From Chitinophagaceae bacterium (GTDB lineage: Bacteria; Bacteroidota; Bacteroidia; Chitinophagales; Chitinophagaceae): a stretch of 64,000 nucleotides of DNA. The notes under the pieces were generated by a model. It worked only from the letters and a program-made list of their open reading frames with translations, had not been told where the DNA came from and made no database searches. Of the stretch, positions 9,646-17,479 are shown piece after piece. The translations under genes and the position numbers were made by a program. Numbering within the stretch: position 1 is the stretch's first letter; each line of letters starts with the position of its first letter. Location: assembly GCA_019747705.1 (NCBI GenBank), contig JAIEQM010000019.1, forward strand, positions 1,921 to 65,920, given 5' to 3'.

Positions 9646-10416
9646 ATGACAATGAAAAAAGCATCATTACTTGCATTATCTTTTTTAGGTACATCTGTAC
9701 TGTGGGCTCAGCACCCTGTTCAGCCAAAAGTATCAAAGCAGGTCATAACAACACAAACTACAAGGAACACAAATAGCGGAGTAGTAAGTGTAAAGCCTGA
9801 AGACATTGTGGAAGAACTATGCCCATCTGCATTGCTTCGTGGCGACAGGGAATTTGACGGAAACGGTCCAAGAATTAAATGCGAAGTGAAAATTAGCTTG
9901 AACAGAGACAGTACACAGGTATGGGCTGATATTTATTTCTGGGCACAGGAAACGAAATCAGACTGGAGTACAACTGAAAGGACCTGGCGTAAAAAAATAT
10001 ATGATGCCCCTTATGGAAAGAAGATTGCTAAAATAAATTCAGACCGTGCATCACGCACACAGTTTATAAGTCCCAAAGCCGGCATGCAAATTTTTGTACC
10101 TGGCCAGGATGTTTCACAGGCTCTTTATAATTTCCTTGATTTTACAGATGTAAACGCTGCGGTACTTCAGGCATTTGGTTTTACTCAAAATGATAAAGCC
10201 GGGCTTTCTTCAATTATAAAAGCAACTATTGACAGGGGAAACACCATTGTTCGGGTTCCCCCTGTTGAAGGAACATTGGTAAAGTTCTTTCATATTGTTG
10301 GAGATACAGGAGCACAGGATATAAGCGAGGATGATAACTGTAATGATGATACAAGGATTGTAAAAATTGAATTTTTTCCAATTCGCCTGGAGTTGCAAAG
10401 CAGAACAGCAAGATAA
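9646..10416 (+). CDS. secreted hypothetical protein
   Basis: 256 aa with a signal peptide (MKKASLLALSFLGTSVLWAQ). No family recognised. Confidence 0.55.
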   Translation: MTMKKASLLALSFLGTSVLWAQHPVQPKVSKQVITTQTTRNTNSGVVSVKPEDIVEELCPSALLRGDREFDGNGPRIKCEVKISLNRDSTQVWADIYFWAQETKSDWSTTERTWRKKIYDAPYGKKIAKINSDRASRTQFISPKAGMQIFVPGQDVSQALYNFLDFTDVNAAVLQAFGFTQNDKAGLSSIIKATIDRGNTIVRVPPVEGTLVKFFHIVGDTGAQDISEDDNCNDDTRIVKIEFFPIRLELQSRTAR

Positions 10417-10481
10417 CCTGCTGCTCAGTTAAAAGATAAATGAAGAAGCCATAAACAATTTTGAAAAACCTGAACCTGCGT

Positions 10482-11123
10482 TTACACATCAAAACTAATC
10501 ACACTGTGATGTTTTAATAAATACGTATTCACAATGTCGTAATTGTATTTGGGCGCACCAATACGATAGGTATAAACGGCTTCATTGTTTTCTTTAATCA
10601 TTTTCATACAACGGAAATTTACATTGTGTGAAGCAAAAAATGTTTCCATTTCTTCTTTAAATATTTGCTCGGTACCATTCGCTCTTATTTTGTAGTCTTT
10701 TACTTTGTGCAGTTTATTGATGAAGCGCTGCACAGGTTCCAGCACAAACAAGGCCACAACCACCATGCTGCTCACAACAAAAGCCAGAGGGTAATTATGA
10801 TAACCGATAGACATACCCAATGCTGCTGTAATCCAAATCAATGCTGCAGTGGTTAAACCATTTACTGTAATGCCTTCTTTAAAAATTACACCTGCGCCAA
10901 TAAAGCCAATTCCTGTAACAATATTGCTGGCAATTCTGTCGGGACTGATAGTATTGCTTTCTTTTGATAAGATGGTGTATAAGCAGGAGCCTACACAAAT
11001 AAAAATCATAGTGCGAAAACCTGCGGGTTTACTGCGAAACTCCCGTTCAATACCAATGGCAGCGCCAATGATGAAAGCAACTGAAACCTGTGCCGCTTCT
11101 TCTGCGTAAATGGTAAAGTCCAT
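10482..11123 (-). CDS. MgtC/SapB family membrane protein
   Basis: 213 aa. N-terminal AFIIGAAIGIEREFRSKPAGFRTMIFICVGSCLYTILS is the MgtC signature. Confidence 0.8.
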   Translation of the reverse strand: MDFTIYAEEAAQVSVAFIIGAAIGIEREFRSKPAGFRTMIFICVGSCLYTILSKESNTISPDRIASNIVTGIGFIGAGVIFKEGITVNGLTTAALIWITAALGMSIGYHNYPLAFVVSSMVVVALFVLEPVQRFINKLHKVKDYKIRANGTEQIFKEEMETFFASHNVNFRCMKMIKENNEAVYTYRIGAPKYNYDIVNTYLLKHHSVISFDV

Positions 11124-11202
11124 AGCAAGAAATTGTTATAGATTGAAGGTAGGAAGAAAAGCGGTTACTTGTCAGGCCACTCAAAGAGGCCAGACAAGTA
11201 AC

Positions 11203-11697
11203 TTAATGACACTTAAAATAATCAAACGGCTCTTGGCAATCATTGCATTGATACAAAGCTTTGCAGGCGGTGCTGCCAAATTCGCTGATGAGGTTGGTGT
11301 GCTGCGAATTACAGTGAGGGCATGTTACATTATCGTTTGGCCATCTGGAATGGCCTGACGAATATTGCGGCGGTGCAATACCGTATTCTTTCAACTTTCT
11401 TTTTCCCTCTTCACTCATCCAATCAGTGGTCCAGGCGGGAGAAAGTACGGAAGTAACTTTTATATTTTGTATTCCATGCTCAGCAAGTGCAAGCCGGATG
11501 TTTGTTGCAATCATATCCATTGCGGGGCAACCATTATAAGTTGGTGTGATAAAAACTTCCACACTTCCATCATCTTTTAACTGCACATCACGCAAAATGC
11601 CGAGGTCGTTGATGGTGAGTACAGGAACTTCAGGGTCAGTTACTGTTTCTAAAATTCCAAGCAGCAATTCTTTTGATATGTTTGCTGTGTTTACCAT
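11203..11697 (-). CDS. paaD: 1,2-phenylacetyl-CoA epoxidase subunit PaaD
   Basis: 164 aa with DPEVPVLTINDLGILRDV and a C-terminal CPxC...CxxC cluster. Operon context; overlaps the paaC end by 7 nt. Confidence 0.85.
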   Translation of the reverse strand: MVNTANISKELLLGILETVTDPEVPVLTINDLGILRDVQLKDDGSVEVFITPTYNGCPAMDMIATNIRLALAEHGIQNIKVTSVLSPAWTTDWMSEEGKRKLKEYGIAPPQYSSGHSRWPNDNVTCPHCNSQHTNLISEFGSTACKALYQCNDCQEPFDYFKCH

Positions 11698-12497
11698 TGT
11701 GAGTTGGGATAGGCTCTTTGCAGGTATTGCAAATCAGCAAGAATATATCCGAGGTGTTCCGTGTGTGTACCTGTTTTACCGCCTGTTTGCATGAATACAG
11801 CCCCCCCACCCCCCGAAGGGAGGATTAAAGCAGCTTCTGCAAAAACTGTATTCACTTTTTCAGTCCACCTGTTATTAATATCATTGAAATCAATATTCAA
11901 ATGCAATTCATAATCTGCAGCTATAAACATTTCGCCTGTATAACACCACAGTTCATTAATGGCATGCAGCATCCGTTGTTTGCTTTCAGCAGTACCATCA
12001 CCCAAACGAATGACCCACTCACTGCTCCAGCGCACATGATAGTTGGTTTCTTTTAATGATTTGGTTGCAATGGCTGCTATGTGTTCATCATTATGATGTT
12101 GCAGTTGCTGAAATAGCAATTGCTGAAACTGGCTGTATAAATATTGGCGAAGGATGGTTTGTCCCCAATCGCTATTGGGTTGTTCTGCAAGAAGAAGGTT
12201 TTTGAATTGTCGCTCTGTGCGTAAGTATGCTAATGTGTCTTCGTTCACCTCATCCCCAACCCTTTCTCCCTGAGGAGAAGGGGCTTTTACGCCCTCCGCT
12301 TTTTTTGACTCGTTGATTAGTTGTGCAGCATATTGATAAAACAATCTTGCCTGTCCTAATAAATCCAATGAGATATTTGTTAATGCAATATCCTGCTCCA
12401 GGATTGGGCCATGCCCGCACCATTCACTGTTTCTGTGAGAGAGAATGAGTGTGGTATCGGCTAAGTGCAGCAGGTAATTTATGAGTGGGTTATTCAT
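11691..12497 (-). CDS. paaC: 1,2-phenylacetyl-CoA epoxidase subunit PaaC (carries two hairpin-element insertions)
   Basis: 268 aa with LLHLADTTLILSHRNSEWCGHGPILEQDIALTNISLDLLGQAR and C-terminal GGKTGTHTEHLGYILADLQYLQRAYP. Operon context. Confidence 0.85.
   Translation of the reverse strand: MNNPLINYLLHLADTTLILSHRNSEWCGHGPILEQDIALTNISLDLLGQARLFYQYAAQLINESKKAEGVKAPSPQGERVGDEVNEDTLAYLRTERQFKNLLLAEQPNSDWGQTILRQYLYSQFQQLLFQQLQHHNDEHIAAIATKSLKETNYHVRWSSEWVIRLGDGTAESKQRMLHAINELWCYTGEMFIAADYELHLNIDFNDINNRWTEKVNTVFAEAALILPSGGGGAVFMQTGGKTGTHTEHLGYILADLQYLQRAYPNSQW
11800..11825 (-). repeat. GC-rich hairpin + G-tract element, family A, in frame in paaC
   Basis: Gene strand ATCCTCCCTTCGGGGGGTGGGGGGGC encodes ILPSGGGGA. 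Confidence 0.7.
12246..12284 (-). repeat. hairpin element, family B, in frame in paaC
   Basis: Gene strand GCCCCTTCTCCTCAGGGAGAAAGGGTTGGGGATGAGGTG encodes APSPQGERVGDEV. It is near-identical in architecture to 27369-27407. Confidence 0.7.
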
Positions 12498-13587
12498 TTT
12501 CTGCTTTTTTTAATTCGTTATCCCATTCTTCCGGCGTAGGAAGTTCTGTTTGAATTTCAGATGGCAGTTCCATATAAGTAAAACTGCTGATTCCTATGGG
12601 GTTCGCAATATCTTTCAGTGAAAAATCAACAACTACATTGTCTTTGTTTTTGCATAACAGGATGCCGATAGCAGGTTTATCCTCTTTACCTTTTATTGTT
12701 TCATTAATGGCATTGATGTAAAAATTCATTTTCCCTGCATGCTCAGGTTCAAATTCATTCATTTTTAAATCAATAATAATGAACCGCTTTAAATGAATAT
12801 GATAAAACAGCAGGTCAGTCTTAAACTCCCTGTTACCCGCTTTGAGCACATATTGCCTTCCCAGGTAAGCAAAGCCCCTGCCCAGTTCCAGTAAAAATTC
12901 AGTGATATGCTGTACTAATTTTTTTTCAAGCTCAAGCTCTTTTACTGTGGCAGAGAGCGACAGAAATTCAAAATTATAAGGGTCTTTGAGTAATTCAATT
13001 GCCAAATCACTGTCTTCTTTCGGCAAAGTGTTTTCAAAATTGGTAACAGCTTTTCCCTGCCGTTTGTACAAGCCGCTTTCTATTTGATATTCTAATACAG
13101 AACGGCTCCAGTTGTTGAGAATGGTTTGTTGAACGTAAAACAGAACTTCTTCTCTGTCCTTAACTTTTTCAATGATAAAAACATTATGCTTCCATGGAAT
13201 TTGAGAGCAGAACTTTATTATCTCCGGCAAATTCGTTTGTCCCCCAGGCCGGGGGATAACTAAAGCATCAATTTGTCCCCCAGGCCGGGGGACAAATTGA
13301 AATGAAGCGTAAAACTGATAAAACTTTTTTACTGCGAATAAATTTGTGCGGGAAAACCCGCCCATATCCGGAAAAGCGGCCTTCAAATCTTTGCTTAGCT
13401 GTTCAATAAAACCGCTGCCCCATTTGCTCAATTCCTGTTTCTCAGTTATTTGTTTGCCGAGCTCCCAATACAATAATATTAATTGACTGTTTACGGCAAC
13501 GGCCGCCTTTAATTGCCTTTGTTTGATAACAGCTTTTAAATTTGTTATCCAGTTTTTGTATTCTTTATTGTTTGAAAATAAATCCAT
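12490..13587 (-). CDS. DUF1016 / YhcG-family PD-(D/E)XK nuclease, inserted between paaB and paaC
   Basis: 365 aa. The N-terminal AVAVNSQLILLYWELGKQI...WGSGFIEQLSKDLKAAFPDMGGFSRTNLFAVKKFY is typical of YhcG/DUF1016. The C-terminal IIDLK...EPEHAGKMNFY is a PD-(D/E)XK-like core. Confidence 0.75.
   Translation of the reverse strand: MDLFSNNKEYKNWITNLKAVIKQRQLKAAVAVNSQLILLYWELGKQITEKQELSKWGSGFIEQLSKDLKAAFPDMGGFSRTNLFAVKKFYQFYASFQFVPRPGGQIDALVIPRPGGQTNLPEIIKFCSQIPWKHNVFIIEKVKDREEVLFYVQQTILNNWSRSVLEYQIESGLYKRQGKAVTNFENTLPKEDSDLAIELLKDPYNFEFLSLSATVKELELEKKLVQHITEFLLELGRGFAYLGRQYVLKAGNREFKTDLLFYHIHLKRFIIIDLKMNEFEPEHAGKMNFYINAINETIKGKEDKPAIGILLCKNKDNVVVDFSLKDIANPIGISSFTYMELPSEIQTELPTPEEWDNELKKAENE
13236..13297 (-). 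repeat. two tandem copies of a perfect GTCCCCC-AGGCC-GGGGGA hairpin, 36 bp apart, in frame in the DUF1016 gene
   Basis: The 21-mer tttgtcccccaggccggggga occurs at 13236-13256 and 13272-13292. It encodes VPRPGGQ ... IPRPGGQ. Confidence 0.8.
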
Positions 13588-13600
13588 TGCAGTTACGGCA

Positions 13601-13984
13601 TTACATATAATTCACCTCATCCGGTAATTGATAAAACGTTGGATGACGATATACTTTATCAACCGCAGGTTCATACAACTCACCTGCTTCTTCAGGGTTA
13701 CTTGCAGTAATGTATTTACTTTCCACCACCCAAATACTTACACCTTCCATTCTTCTTGTATATACATCTCTCGCATTTTCAATAGCCATCTGCGCATCTG
13801 CTGCATGCAGGCTGCCTACATGTTTGTGGTCTAATCCCTGTTTGCTTCTGATAAATACTTCCCACAAAGGCCAACCCCCTCCGCCCCCTGAAGGGGGAAC
13901 TTGAGAGCTTTCATTTTTTATTTCTCCTCCTGAATTAGTATCAGGAATATCACCGTAATAAAATTTTCTGATTAAGAAGTTCAT
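13601..13984 (-). CDS. paaB: 1,2-phenylacetyl-CoA epoxidase subunit PaaB with N-terminal extension
   Basis: 127 aa. The core WPLWEVFIRSKQGLDHKHVGSLHAADAQMAIENARDVYTRR...YRHPTFY is canonical PaaB. About 35 extra N-terminal residues contain a hairpin element. Confidence 0.85.
   Translation of the reverse strand: MNFLIRKFYYGDIPDTNSGGEIKNESSQVPPSGGGGGWPLWEVFIRSKQGLDHKHVGSLHAADAQMAIENARDVYTRRMEGVSIWVVESKYITASNPEEAGELYEPAVDKVYRHPTFYQLPDEVNYM
13869..13900 (-). repeat. GC-rich hairpin + G-tract element, family A, in frame in the paaB 5' part
   Basis: Gene strand GTTCCCCCTTCAGGGGGCGGAGGGGGTTGGCC encodes VPPSGGGGGW, directly fused to the conserved WPLWEV. Confidence 0.75.
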
Positions 13985-13995
13985 GAAAAATAATT

Positions 13996-14502
13996 TTATT
14001 GTTTAAAACCAATTCTTGTTCTGTTTTTAAAATCTTCTTCTGTTTGTTTTTCTGCAACCAAATATTCAAGTGCTTTAAATATCTCTTTAAAATTTTTACT
14101 ATACTTTTTCTCAAGCTTTATTATTTTTTCGTACAGTTCTTTATGTGCCAATGCGGTTTGCCTGATTAACACAAATGTGCGGATGATAATGATATTTACC
14201 TGTATTGCCTTTTCACTGTTTAATACGCTTGATAGCATAGCAACACCCTGTTCTGTAAACACAAAAGGTTTTGCGCCGCCTAATTTACTTTTTGATGGTA
14301 TCACAAATTGTGATACCATATTTTCAATTTCTTTATCGGTCAATTGAAACATGAAATCGGAAGGAAACCGGTGAAGATTTCTTTTAACCGCCTGTTTCAA
14401 AACCCTTGTTTCTACTTCATACATTTCTGCTAAATCAAAATCCAGCATTACTTTCAAGCCACGGATTTCATAAATCTTAGTTTGTATAACCGATAGCTGC
14501 AT
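13996..14502 (-). CDS. ORF6N-domain protein (KilA-N-related DNA-binding family), inserted between paaA and paaB
   Basis: 168 aa. IYEIRGLKVMLDFDLAEMYEVETRVLKQAVKRNLHRFPSDFMFQLT...FVFTEQGVAMLSSVLNSEKAIQVNI is the ORF6N signature. Confidence 0.75.
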   Translation of the reverse strand: MQLSVIQTKIYEIRGLKVMLDFDLAEMYEVETRVLKQAVKRNLHRFPSDFMFQLTDKEIENMVSQFVIPSKSKLGGAKPFVFTEQGVAMLSSVLNSEKAIQVNIIIIRTFVLIRQTALAHKELYEKIIKLEKKYSKNFKEIFKALEYLVAEKQTEEDFKNRTRIGFKQ

Positions 14503-14550
14503 ATAATAGAATTTATGGCTATAGAATTTGCTATAGAAAATTAGTTTTTA

Positions 14551-15528
14551 TCAGGCTGCCTTTAAAGCCCCGGAATTTATCCCGCCATCAGCGGGAGGGG
14601 TTTGGGGCTTCTTCTTCTCCGCATGCGCCATTGCTGCTTCTCTCACCCATTTACCATTTTCATGTGCTTTACGCCGTGCATCTAATCTTTGCTTATTGCA
14701 GGGGCCATTACCTTTCACCACATTCCAGAATTCATCCCAGTTAATTTCACCAAAATCATAATGCTTTCGTTCTTCATTCCACTTTAAATCTTTATCAGGC
14801 AGAGTCATTCCTAATACTTTTACCTGCCCGGCAATCATATCTACAAAATTCTGACGCAACTCATCATTGGTTTTGCGTTTGATTTTCCATTTCATGCTCT
14901 GGTCGCTGTTGGTGCTTTCACTATCCTTTGGCCCAAACATCATGAGTGAAGGCCACCACCATCTGTTAATCGCATCCTGGCACATGGCTTTTTGTTCAGC
15001 CGTTCCTTTACTTAAAACCAATAATGATTCAAAACCCTGCCGCTGATGAAAACTTTCTTCTTTGCAAATACGCACCATCGCACGTGCATATGGACCGTAG
15101 CTTGTACGTGTGAGCATCACCTGGTTCATAATAGCAGCGCCATCCACCAGCCAGCCGATGGCGCCCATATCAGCCCATGTTAATGTGGGATAATTAAAGA
15201 TGGATGAATATTTTGCTTTGCCGCTGTGCAGGTCATTTATCATTTCATCCCTGCTCATACCCAATGTTTCAGCAGCAGAATATAAATACAAACCATGACC
15301 TGCTTCATCCTGCACTTTGGCAATTAATATTGCTTTGCGTTTGAGTGATGGGGCACGGGTAATCCAGTTGCCTTCGGGCAGCATACCTACAATTTCGCTG
15401 TGTGCATGCTGACTGATTTGCCGGATGTTTGTTTTTCGGTACGCATCAGGCATCCAATCCTTAGGTTCAATTTTTGTTTCAGCATCAATTTGCTGTTGAA
15501 AGTGTGCTTCTAAATCGTGGATAGACAT
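14551..15528 (-). CDS. paaA: 1,2-phenylacetyl-CoA epoxidase catalytic subunit PaaA
   Basis: 325 aa ferritin-like di-iron protein: [37 protein letters not shown]. Confidence 0.9.
   Translation of the reverse strand: MSIHDLEAHFQQQIDAETKIEPKDWMPDAYRKTNIRQISQHAHSEIVGMLPEGNWITRAPSLKRKAILIAKVQDEAGHGLYLYSAAETLGMSRDEMINDLHSGKAKYSSIFNYPTLTWADMGAIGWLVDGAAIMNQVMLTRTSYGPYARAMVRICKEESFHQRQGFESLLVLSKGTAEQKAMCQDAINRWWWPSLMMFGPKDSESTNSDQSMKWKIKRKTNDELRQNFVDMIAGQVKVLGMTLPDKDLKWNEERKHYDFGEINWDEFWNVVKGNGPCNKQRLDARRKAHENGKWVREAAMAHAEKKKPQTPPADGGINSGALKAA
14579..14608 (+). repeat. GC-rich hairpin + G-tract element in the 3' tail of paaA
   Basis: atcccgccatcagcgggaggggtttggggc: stem TCCCGC/GCGGGA then GGGGTTTGGGG. 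It encodes the tail [11 protein letters not shown] just before the stop. Confidence 0.65.
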
Positions 15529-15620
15529 GGCAGGAATCTTTAAGCAACAAATTTACGGAAAGCGAACGCCTGTATGCAGTTCTTGTTGAAAGTATTATTT
15601 ATAGAAGGCGATGATTTGCA

Positions 15621-16703
15621 TCACTTCACATCAAAATCCACCACTACCTTTTCTGTTTTGGGATGGCTTTGACAGGTGAGTATATAACCCAATGCAATTT
15701 CTTCATGGTCTAAACCCCAGTTTACATCCATTTCCACTTCGCCTTCTACCAGTTTGGCTTTGCAGGTGCAGCACACACCGCCTTTGCAGGCATACGGTAC
15801 ATCAGCGCCCTGTTGCATAGCGGCGTCAAGAATGGTGGCATCACTGCTGAGCGGAATATCAAACAAAAATGTTTTTCCATCCAGCTTCATTTCTATTTTA
15901 GTTGCAGGAATGTTTTCACTTGCAACTTGTGCCTTGTTACTTGTGCCTTTATTTTTTTTTTCCGTAGTAAACAACTCAAAGTGAATGTTTTTTTCATCCA
16001 CGCCATGTGCTTCTAAAAATTCCTGCACTTCAAAAATCATTTGTTGCGGGCCGCAGAGAAAAAACTCATGAGCATGTTTCAGGTCAACTAATTTTTCAAA
16101 AAGATGACTGCACTTGTCTTTGGTAATTCTTCCGAAGTTGATGGCCGCATCAGTTTTTTCCCTGCTTAAAATATGAATAAGGGTGAAGCGCTCCATGTAT
16201 TTATTCTTGAGGCCTTCCAGCTCTTCAAAGAAAATAATACTTGAGCGGCTTTTATTTCCATACACCAATGTAAAACTGCTGTTAGGTTCCGTTGCCAATG
16301 TTGTTTTGATAATGGACATGATGGGGGTAATGCCACTTCCTGCTGCAAAAGCCACATAGTTTTTTTTGTGCGATGCATCAAGCGGTGTATTGAATTTACC
16401 CAATGGCGTCATCACTTCCAGAACATCGCCTTTCTTAAGTTGTTCATTGGCATATACACTGAATAATCCGCCATTTACTTTTTTAACAGCTACTTTGAGT
16501 TTGTTTTCCTGCGGACTTGTACATAAGGAATACGTACGTCTTACTTCTTCACCGTTGAGCGTTGTTTTGATGTTGATGTTTTGTCCCTGTGTGTATTTGA
16601 AATCTTCCTTCAAAGTTTCAGGCACATCAAATTCAATGGAAACGCAATCAGGAGTTTCTTTAATGATATTTTTTACAGCAAGCTTGTGGAAGTGTACAGC
16701 CAT
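15621..16703 (-). CDS. paaE: 1,2-phenylacetyl-CoA epoxidase reductase subunit PaaE (FNR-like + 2Fe-2S ferredoxin)
   Basis: 360 aa with RTYSLC (flavin), GSGITP (NAD) and a C-terminal CKGGVCCTCKAK...C plant-type ferredoxin motif. Confidence 0.9.
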   Translation of the reverse strand: MAVHFHKLAVKNIIKETPDCVSIEFDVPETLKEDFKYTQGQNINIKTTLNGEEVRRTYSLCTSPQENKLKVAVKKVNGGLFSVYANEQLKKGDVLEVMTPLGKFNTPLDASHKKNYVAFAAGSGITPIMSIIKTTLATEPNSSFTLVYGNKSRSSIIFFEELEGLKNKYMERFTLIHILSREKTDAAINFGRITKDKCSHLFEKLVDLKHAHEFFLCGPQQMIFEVQEFLEAHGVDEKNIHFELFTTEKKNKGTSNKAQVASENIPATKIEMKLDGKTFLFDIPLSSDATILDAAMQQGADVPYACKGGVCCTCKAKLVEGEVEMDVNWGLDHEEIALGYILTCQSHPKTEKVVVDFDVK

Positions 16704-16709
16704 TGTTTT

Positions 16710-17300
16710 TTATTTCCGCAATCCATCAATTAAAATCATCACCATATTATCTTCCAGTTCTTTGGCTGAAATTTTTGAAGTGGAGCGGTGCCAGCTTTCA
16801 ATACCACTAACGGCATGCAGCATTACAAGAATGGCTGTAGGGGCGTCAATATTTTTTATTTCGCCTTTTTTAATTCCTTCTTCCAGCAGGGAGGCAAACC
16901 GTTTGCGGTAGTTGCGGCGCTGGTTATGAAAATTGGTGCGGTAAGGTTCTTCCAGGTGTTTCCACTCACGGTCGCTCACAATTACTTCTTCATAGTTTTC
17001 AAACATCTGGTGAATATGAAAACGAAGGATAAGTTCTGCTTTTGCCAGCGGGTTTTCCTTACCGGTATCCACTTCATCAAAATAGGTATTAAAACGGTTG
17101 GCAATTACAAAACAAATAGATTCCAAAATTTCATTTTTGGAACGGATATGATTGTAAAGACTGGCAGCTTCAATGCCGATATTTTCAGCAAGGTCACGCA
17201 TACTGGCAGCTCCAAATCCTTTTTCACGGAAAAGGGCGGCGCCGGCTTTTACAATAATGTCTTTGCGGCTTTCGTTTTTGGCAACTTTCAATTTTCCCAT
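16710..17300 (-). CDS. TetR/AcrR-family transcriptional regulator heading the paa operon
   Basis: 196 aa. N-terminal HTH: IVKAGAALFREKGFGAASMRDLAENIGIEAASLYNHIRSK. Confidence 0.85.
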   Translation of the reverse strand: MGKLKVAKNESRKDIIVKAGAALFREKGFGAASMRDLAENIGIEAASLYNHIRSKNEILESICFVIANRFNTYFDEVDTGKENPLAKAELILRFHIHQMFENYEEVIVSDREWKHLEEPYRTNFHNQRRNYRKRFASLLEEGIKKGEIKNIDAPTAILVMLHAVSGIESWHRSTSKISAKELEDNMVMILIDGLRK

Positions 17301-17479
17301 GAGGCAAAAATAATTGGTTTATGCTGAGGAAGTTAAAAAGTTTTTTGCAGCAAATTTTTAAGCCCTTAAGCCAAAATACCGTGGAGTGGGTATTGAAAGG
17401 AGCCTCCCTCATTTCTACATTAGCAGTGTAAAGAATGGTTACCCAATCTCTTTAAAATAATAACTCTAAAACAATCAAC

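Noticed and set aside
13236-13297. Possible CRISPR-like array from the repeated 21-mer
   Set aside because: There are only two repeats, inside a CDS and preserving the frame, with no further units and no cas genes. It was classified as a tandem hairpin element.
16366-17327. 181-aa and 179-aa plus-strand ORFs opposite paaE and the TetR gene
   Set aside because: Antisense shadows; the minus-strand genes have clear family motifs.
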